Source: an uncultured Desulfarculus sp. (GTDB lineage: Bacteria > Desulfobacterota > Desulfarculia > Desulfarculales > Desulfarculaceae). Taken from it: DNA of 64,000 nucleotides. The notes beneath the pieces were generated by a model. The model had not been told where the DNA came from. It ran no database searches and saw nothing but the letters and a program-made list of their open reading frames with translations. How positions within the stretch are numbered: position 1 is the stretch's first letter; every line of letters begins with the position of its first letter. Where the stretch lies: NCBI GenBank assembly GCA_963665125.2, contig CAXXUK010000001.1, forward strand, positions 1,760,001 through 1,824,000, written 5' to 3'. Below are positions 58,198 through 64,000 of this stretch, piece after piece. Both the position numbers and the translations under genes were made by a program.

Positions 58198-60666
58198 TTA
58201 AAGCCCCAACAGGCGCATTATCTCCGGTGCGATGTCCGTAACCGGTGCCTTGGCGTTTTCGCCGGTATGCCAAGATAGGCAATAAAACCCGTTTCCGTCG
58301 GGTTGCAGAGATATATCATCGTATGCCGATTGGCTAAACACGGCGAAGTTCTTGGGCTTTAGCACGGCAAGCGTGGTTTCGATAACCCCGTATATATGCT
58401 GATAAAGGGAAAAACAGCGCATATCGTTGGAGCCGAAGCACTGCTGAGCCCATTCCAGACAGGAGAAACCGATGGCCAGCACATCCACCGCGGGCATGGA
58501 CATGGCTAGTTTGATCCGGTTGCGTTCGATCTGGTCCAACCGGGCCAAGTGGATCATTTTCGAGCCCAGCAGGGCCGAAAGCAATTGCTGCTCCCTCTCG
58601 CAGGTGATGAAATCGCTGCGATAACCACTCGTCAGGACCTTGGGCAGTTGATCGGCAGGATGAACCATTTCCTGGGTCAACAGCCCTCCGGGGTAGCCCG
58701 ACACGGACCAGCCGTTGAGCACCGGAGCCGGATGCCCCAGGGGTATGGACAACAGGCCCACGCTCTTTTTATCCGCAATCCGATGCCAAATGTCACCGTG
58801 GCCCAGTTCGGAAAGACCCAGCACTTGATCAAATCCTTGGTTGCGTCCGCTGAAGGCCCCGGCGGCGGTTTCAGCGCCGGTGTAGAGGGTCGCCCAGCGG
58901 CCCAGGCTGTTTTCCGGTCCGGTTCTTTCAAACAAAAGCTCGCCCCAGGCCCTATGCATCAGGAAATGGGGGGCAATTTTTCGAACCATCTGCGGCGCGA
59001 GGCCTCCGACCAAAAACACGACCAGTTCGGGAGGCTCCTGGCTAACGGTTTTGCCGTCATCTCCACCCACGGCTCCTTTGGTTTGTTCATACAACTGCCG
59101 GACCTGCTGATCGCCGGGGTTTATCTGCAACAGTCTTTGCAAATACACGCCGGCCGCCCGGGCATCGCCCGCCGCCAGGCTCAGGTCTATCATGGCCTTC
59201 CAGCCCCAGACATAACCAGGATGCGCATTGAGGCCCTTGATGATATGGGCCTTGGCCTCGTCCCGCTGGTTCAGCGCATACTCCGCCTTGGCCAGGGAAA
59301 AATGAATCTCTGCGTCTTCAAAGAAATATTCGGCAACCCTTTCCAGTTTATCGATAGCTTTATTGAAATCATTGTCTTTGAGCGCCTGGAGCCCCTGCTC
59401 CCGCAGATCCTTGAATTCTTGATCAGCCGCTTTTTGTCTGGCTATTGGCAGCAGCTTTTCGATCCAGGCCCATTCCGGATGTATTTCCCTTGTTATTTCG
59501 CACAGTTTAAGCGCCAACGCAGGGGCATCGCGCCGCAGGATTTTTTGCAGCAAGGGCATGCTTTCCGGCTCGCCCCGCTCATCGTTGATCAGTTTTGTGT
59601 AAACCTCGGTCGCTTCATCAAGATTGCCGATTATGACTTCGGCGATACACCAGAGGTGATAGGCCTGGGGGAACTGGTTGTAGGTTTGGTTTTCGACAAA
59701 CAGAAAGTCGGTCTGCCGGGCCTGGGACATCTTTTGCATTTGGAAAAATTTACGGCCACAGTTAACGACCTCGGGCCAGTTCTCCTTGGCCGCGTAGGAA
59801 TGCATCAAGAAAAGATACGGGTCAGGATAATGGGGCATGCGCTCCAGGCAGGCTTGGGAGTGCTGGATCAGCTCGTCCCAGCGCTGCATGTAGAATAAAG
59901 AGCCCATCAGGGGAAAATAGCAGCGTGGGAAGTCCATTCCGGGCGCGCTCTGCTCGTCGGCCAAACGGATGGCCTCCAGGGACTCCTGGATGGCCTGGGG
60001 CCGCGATTCTTCATGAGAGGCCAGCGATTGGGCCAGATAGGCGTGCAGCTTGTAGTCCTGAGGTTGGGCGTCGATGGCCTTGCCCAGCATTTGCAAACGC
60101 CGCTGGTGCTTGGCCTCCATTGCCTCCGCGTCGAGGTTGTAACCGTAGTGGGTAAGCTTGACTTCCGAAGGTGAGTATTCACCAGGAATGGTGGGAATGT
60201 TGTGAATAAGCCCTTCATAATGAAAACCCACCCCGGCCCGGAACAGCCGGGCGTGCATCAGGAAGGTTTTTCCGCCACCGGCAACATCATTATATAGCTT
60301 GAACAAAAAACAGTTTGCCGTGGGATGCTTGGCCAGTTGTCGCATCTGGGGGGCCGTTTCCTGGTCCAATTCCTCGTCCGCGTCCAGGATCAGGATCCAG
60401 TCACCGGTGCAGTAACCAATGGATTGGTTGCGGTGTATGGAAAAGTTGTGTTCCCACGGGTGGTGATAAATCTTGGCCCCATAAGACTCCGCGATCTCAA
60501 TGGTTCGGTCGGTTGAGCCCGTATCGACGACGATGATCTCGTCTACCCAAGGCGCGGCGCTGGCCAAGGCCCGGGGGAGCATTTTTTCTTCGTTCTTAAC
60601 CATCATCGCCAGGCTTATTCTCGGTTCCAGCCCGCCCTTTTGGTTTTTCTTTGCTTTGTTGGCCAT
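58198..60666 (-). CDS. GT2 glycosyltransferase-TPR-alkaline-phosphatase-superfamily-like fusion
   Basis: MMVKNEE, VDTGSTDRT, ILDADE, HYGY; TPRs; C-terminal WATLYTG...IW...P..HP...NG..VSG pattern; probable start MANKAK at 60666. Confidence 0.8.
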   Translation of the reverse strand: MANKAKKNQKGGLEPRISLAMMVKNEEKMLPRALASAAPWVDEIIVVDTGSTDRTIEIAESYGAKIYHHPWEHNFSIHRNQSIGYCTGDWILILDADEELDQETAPQMRQLAKHPTANCFLFKLYNDVAGGGKTFLMHARLFRAGVGFHYEGLIHNIPTIPGEYSPSEVKLTHYGYNLDAEAMEAKHQRRLQMLGKAIDAQPQDYKLHAYLAQSLASHEESRPQAIQESLEAIRLADEQSAPGMDFPRCYFPLMGSLFYMQRWDELIQHSQACLERMPHYPDPYLFLMHSYAAKENWPEVVNCGRKFFQMQKMSQARQTDFLFVENQTYNQFPQAYHLWCIAEVIIGNLDEATEVYTKLINDERGEPESMPLLQKILRRDAPALALKLCEITREIHPEWAWIEKLLPIARQKAADQEFKDLREQGLQALKDNDFNKAIDKLERVAEYFFEDAEIHFSLAKAEYALNQRDEAKAHIIKGLNAHPGYVWGWKAMIDLSLAAGDARAAGVYLQRLLQINPGDQQVRQLYEQTKGAVGGDDGKTVSQEPPELVVFLVGGLAPQMVRKIAPHFLMHRAWGELLFERTGPENSLGRWATLYTGAETAAGAFSGRNQGFDQVLGLSELGHGDIWHRIADKKSVGLLSIPLGHPAPVLNGWSVSGYPGGLLTQEMVHPADQLPKVLTSGYRSDFITCEREQQLLSALLGSKMIHLARLDQIERNRIKLAMSMPAVDVLAIGFSCLEWAQQCFGSNDMRCFSLYQHIYGVIETTLAVLKPKNFAVFSQSAYDDISLQPDGNGFYCLSWHTGENAKAPVTDIAPEIMRLLGL

Positions 60667-60964
60667 GGCTCTCACATGGAAAGTGGGAAATGCATAAGAA
60701 AATGTAACGTTAGACAAGAGTTTATGTACCTGCCAGTCCAGTGTCAACCACATGTGCCGCGCTGTGGTGCGGTTGACCAAGGTTGAAGCCATTCTCAGCC
60801 TGTTTACCCCGGTTCAAACACGTCCTCGACCGAGCCGGTCAACGGCGACAATGGGCCCGCGCCCCGGTCCATATTATGCAAGCAGCGCCAAATCGTTTTT
60901 AATATTAAATTGTTGCGCCGACAAACAAGCTTTTAAATTTTTTTCATAAAATCCGAAAAAATCC

Positions 60965-60991
60965 TTAACCGTTTTGTTTTTATGCCGATAA
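60965..60991 (+). promoter_or_regulatory. sigma28 promoter for flagellin 1
   Basis: TTAA-N15-GCCGATAA. Confidence 0.75.
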
Positions 60992-61061
60992 GTACCTTGA
61001 AACAACAGGTGTGACACCGGGCATGAATTGCCACAGCAAGGGGAACGGCACACCTCATCTG

Positions 61062-61082
61062 GCGCCAAAAGGATATTGGCGC
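61062..61082 (+). promoter_or_regulatory. CsrA-type binding hairpin in the flagellin 1 leader
   Basis: GCGCCAA-AAGGATA-TTGGCGC; a second AAGGA forms the RBS. Confidence 0.7.
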
Positions 61083-61105
61083 ACACAGACCAAGGAGGGG
61101 TCATA

Positions 61106-62791
61106 ATGAGTCTGGTTATCAACCACAATATGATGGCTGCCAATTCAGCCAGAAACCTGTCGGCCATTTATGGTCGACTGAGCACCAGCGTGCAGAGGCT
61201 GTCCTCGGGCTTGCGGGTCAACTCGGCCGCCGACGACGCCGCCGGTTTGGCCATTCGCGAACTGATGCGCGCCGACATCGCCGTCATCAACCAGGGTGTG
61301 CGCAACGCCTCCGACGCCATCAGCCTGATCCAAACCGCTGAAGGCGCCATGAGCGTCATCGACGAAAAGCTCATCCGTATGAAGGAATTGGCCGAACAGG
61401 CGGCCACCGGTACGTACACCACGGCCCAGCGCATCATCATCAACTCCGAATATCAGGCAATGGCCGCGGAAATCGACCGTATCGCCAACGCCACCGACTT
61501 CAACGGAGTCAAGGTGCTCGACGGCAGCCTGAGCCAATTGCACGACGGCTCGGGCATGAAGATCCACTTCGGCACGGGCAACGATGCCGCCGAGGACTAC
61601 TACTTCATCACCATCGGCGACATGCGGGCCACCGAGATCACCGGCCTGCAGGTGGGCGGCGGCACCGGCGTCGAGAGCCTGTGGCGCACCACCGGCCTGG
61701 ATATGACCGACGCCGACACCGACACCATGGCCAACGGCGGCACCTTCGGAATCCAGACCAGCACCGACGGCACCACTTGGACCACCTACGGCTTCCTGAC
61801 CGTCGAGACCACCGATACACTGACCACCCTGGCGGCAAAGGTCAGCGGAACCGCGGCCACCAACACCATCGACCTGACCGGCGCCAGCACAACCGCCCTT
61901 GACGGCGAAACACTCGTTGTCGACGGCCACACCTTCACCTTCAGCACGGCCAGCGCCGCGGTCACCGCCAACACCATCGGCGTGGCCGGCCTGTCCCTGG
62001 CATCGGTGGCGGCAAACGTCCAGTACGCCATCAACACCGCCGCCACGGTGGGCAACTCCAACGCCGTGTTCGCCCAGATCGACGCCACGGCCAGCACCCT
62101 GTCGGTGACCCTGACCGACGGCACCATGAACAGCAACACCGCCACCCTGACCTGCTCCTACACCACCATCACCCTGGGCGGAGGCACCTTCACCGGCGGC
62201 GGAGCCAGTACGGACATCACGGCTTCGGCCATTGAGGATCCGGACAACGCGGGCGAATACGAGCTGCAGCTCACCAGCGCAGCCGGCAACTACATCCGCC
62301 TGGTCCAGACCGACGGCACGCCGTTCGCCGCCAACTCCACCACCAACGGCGGCGACCCGACCGCCGGCACCGCCGACACGGCCCTGTCCCTCAACACCGG
62401 CGCGGCGGCATATGTCTCCGACTGGGACGACGGTGACGATGTGGCCGAATGGTTCAGCAGCAACGCCTCGGGCGCCAGCTGGGATGGAGCCAATATCCTC
62501 ACCCAGAGCGCGGCCCAGCTTGCCCTGGCCCAGATCGACGCGGCCATCACCGCCAAGGACACGGCCCGGGCCAATCTCGGCGCCATCCAGAACAGGCTGG
62601 AGAACACCATCACCAACCTGCAGATCCAGGCGGAAAACCTGCAGGCCTCGGAATCGCGCATCAGCGACGTTGACGTGGCCCTGGAGATGACCGAGTTCAC
62701 CCGAAACAACATCATGGCCCAGGCCGCGGTGGCCATGCTGGCCCAGGCCAACAGCCTGCCGCAGTTGGCCCTCCAGCTCCTGGGCGGCTAA
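61106..62791 (+). CDS. fliC: Flagellin 1 (561 aa)
   Basis: MSLVINHN, RLSSGLRVNSAADDAAGLAI, GAIQNRL, SRISDVD, LAQAN; RBS AGGAGG. Confidence 0.97.
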   Translation: MSLVINHNMMAANSARNLSAIYGRLSTSVQRLSSGLRVNSAADDAAGLAIRELMRADIAVINQGVRNASDAISLIQTAEGAMSVIDEKLIRMKELAEQAATGTYTTAQRIIINSEYQAMAAEIDRIANATDFNGVKVLDGSLSQLHDGSGMKIHFGTGNDAAEDYYFITIGDMRATEITGLQVGGGTGVESLWRTTGLDMTDADTDTMANGGTFGIQTSTDGTTWTTYGFLTVETTDTLTTLAAKVSGTAATNTIDLTGASTTALDGETLVVDGHTFTFSTASAAVTANTIGVAGLSLASVAANVQYAINTAATVGNSNAVFAQIDATASTLSVTLTDGTMNSNTATLTCSYTTITLGGGTFTGGGASTDITASAIEDPDNAGEYELQLTSAAGNYIRLVQTDGTPFAANSTTNGGDPTAGTADTALSLNTGAAAYVSDWDDGDDVAEWFSSNASGASWDGANILTQSAAQLALAQIDAAITAKDTARANLGAIQNRLENTITNLQIQAENLQASESRISDVDVALEMTEFTRNNIMAQAAVAMLAQANSLPQLALQLLGG

Positions 62792-62815
62792 CCAGTATAA
62801 CTTAAACATAAAATC

Positions 62816-62849
62816 GCGCTCCCCCTCCGGGCATCCGGAGGGGGAGCGC
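62816..62849 (+). terminator. Strong hairpin after flagellin 1
   Basis: GCGCTCCCCCTCCGG-gcat-CCGGAGGGGGAGCGC, perfect 15-bp stem. Confidence 0.75.
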
Positions 62850-62890
62850 CTATTTCGTCAATATTTTCAAATTGAAATGAATTTTGCCAT

Positions 62891-62918
62891 TCAAGATTTG
62901 GCCGATACCTACCGATAA
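62891..62918 (+). promoter_or_regulatory. sigma28-like promoter for flagellin 2
   Basis: TCAA-N16-ACCGATAA, the same spacing as the flgM-operon promoter. Confidence 0.6.
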
Positions 62919-63030
62919 GAAAGGCAACTAGGGAATATCTGCGGCTTTGGTTCGATGATCCGAGCCAAAGAACAAAGCCGGAAAGGCATGGGGACCGCCC
63001 AACCGGCACTGCAAAAGGGAGCCCGGCAAG

Positions 63031-63065
63031 CTAGGCGCCTGATACGGATATCAGGCCAAGCCTAG
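63031..63065 (+). promoter_or_regulatory. CsrA-type binding hairpin in the flagellin 2 leader
   Basis: GCCTGATA-CGGA-TATCAGGC inside an outer CTAGGC/GCCTAG stem; ATGGA at the RBS. Confidence 0.72.
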
Positions 63066-63085
63066 GTCCATGGAGGGGGTTTCAA

Positions 63086-64000
63086 GTGTCTCTATACATC
63101 AACCACAATATGATGGCCGCCAACGCGGCGCGCAACCTATCGAACATCTACAGCAACCTGTCCACATCGGTGCAGCGTCTGTCTTCGGGCCTGCGGATCA
63201 ACTCCGCCGCCGACGACGCCGCCGGTCTGGCTGTTCGCGAATTGATGCGCGCCGACATCGCCGTTCTCAACCAGGGCGTTCGCAACGCCTCCGACGCCAT
63301 CAGCATGATCCAAACCGCCGAGGGCGCCATGAGCGTCATCGACGAAAAGCTCATCCGCATGAAGGAGCTGGCCGAACAGGCGGCCACGGGCACCTACACC
63401 ACGGCCCAGCGCCTGATCATGGACTCCGAGTATCAGGCAATGGCCGCGGAAATCGACCGTATCGCCAACGCCACCGACTTCAACGGCATCAAGCTGCTGG
63501 ACGGCTCCCTGGCCAGCCAACATGACGGCAGCGGCCTGAAGGTTCACTTCGGCACGGGCAACGAATCTGCCGAGGATTACTACTTCGTATCCATCGGAGA
63601 CATGCGGGCCACCGAGATCACCGGCCTGCAGGTGGGCGGCGGCGTTGGTGTCCAGAGCCTGTGGCGCACCACCGGCCTGGACCTTGGCGACACCGACACC
63701 GAGACCACCGGCGCCGCGGGTCCCTTCGGCATCCAGACCAGCACCGACGGCACCACCTGGACCACCTACGGCTACGTCCATGTCGCATTAACCGACACCC
63801 TTGACGACATCGTGGCCAAGGTCAACAACGGCTCGACCGGCAGGGGCAACGCCGGCACCAACAGCATCGACCTGACCGGGGCCACCACCAGCGCCCTCGA
63901 CGGCACAACACTCGTTGTTGACGGACACACCTTCACCTTCACCACGGCCAACGCGTTGACGACAGCCAACACCATCGGCGTGGCCGGTTTATCCATGGCC
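63086..64000 (+). CDS. fliC: Flagellin 2, truncated by the right window edge
   Basis: Not in the ORF track. GTG start after GGAGG; manual translation MSLYINHNMMAANAARNL...RLSSGLRINSAADDAAGLAV..., open to the window end. Confidence 0.95.
   Translation, partial: MSLYINHNMMAANAARNLSNIYSNLSTSVQRLSSGLRINSAADDAAGLAVRELMRADIAVLNQGVRNASDAISMIQTAEGAMSVIDEKLIRMKELAEQAATGTYTTAQRLIMDSEYQAMAAEIDRIANATDFNGIKLLDGSLASQHDGSGLKVHFGTGNESAEDYYFVSIGDMRATEITGLQVGGGVGVQSLWRTTGLDLGDTDTETTGAAGPFGIQTSTDGTTWTTYGYVHVALTDTLDDIVAKVNNGSTGRGNAGTNSIDLTGATTSALDGTTLVVDGHTFTFTTANALTTANTIGVAGLSMA

Noticed and set aside
60877..60890. sigma54-like TGGCGCTGCTTGCA on the minus strand upstream of the GT2-TPR gene
   Set aside because: GG-to-GC spacing is 8 nt rather than the required 10, so it is at best a decayed site.
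61145..62809. 554-aa antisense ORF over flagellin 1
   Set aside because: Shadow frame produced by high-GC codon bias; no protein motifs.
62960..63065. Possible c-di-GMP-I riboswitch in the flagellin 2 leader (ACAAAGCCGGAAAGGC...GGGAC)
   Set aside because: It lacks the GGCAAA / GACGCAAAGC / GGxCTAA core. GGA-loop CsrA hairpins explain the structure better; an Rfam scan would settle it.
1..64000. CRISPR arrays, tRNA/rRNA genes, transposases, integrases or prophage
   Set aside because: No spaced direct repeats, cloverleafs or mobile-element proteins were seen. The only long repeat is the flagellin duplication.

Overview
GC-rich bacterial DNA whose gene content and order suggest a deltaproteobacterium (Desulfobacterota-like; inferred, not searched). 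Left end (1-11 kb): a cobalamin-riboswitch-controlled, minus-strand six-gene TonB energy-transducer operon of the TtpC type (DUF3450-like, large ExbB, ExbB, ExbD, TonB, TPR protein). It is followed by rsmE, prmA, larB, dtd, a DUF1285-like gene, a membrane HAMP protein with no output domain, and a Na/Pi cotransporter. The rest (11.2-64 kb) is one flagellar supercluster: fliK-flgD-flgE; motA-motB1-motB2-fliL-fliMNOPQR-flhBAFG-fliA-cheY plus accessory genes; flgFGAHIJNKL-csrA-fliW; flgM; a sigma54-driven putative flagellar glycosylation island; fliS-fliD; a large GT2-TPR fusion; and two tandem flagellins, the second cut by the window edge. Most notable: (i) one MotA with two tandem MotB paralogs, one lacking the essential ion-binding Asp, hinting at an asymmetric stator; (ii) greatly enlarged FlgE, FlgL and FliD with shared repeated modules, one of them also in the flagellins; (iii) a FliK with three EF-hand-like repeats; (iv) a readable regulatory layer of five sigma54 promoters, three sigma28 promoters, a GGCA-N5-TGCC palindrome and CsrA-type GGA hairpins. 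No rRNA, tRNA, CRISPR array or mobile element was recognised. All family calls are by eye, without database searches.
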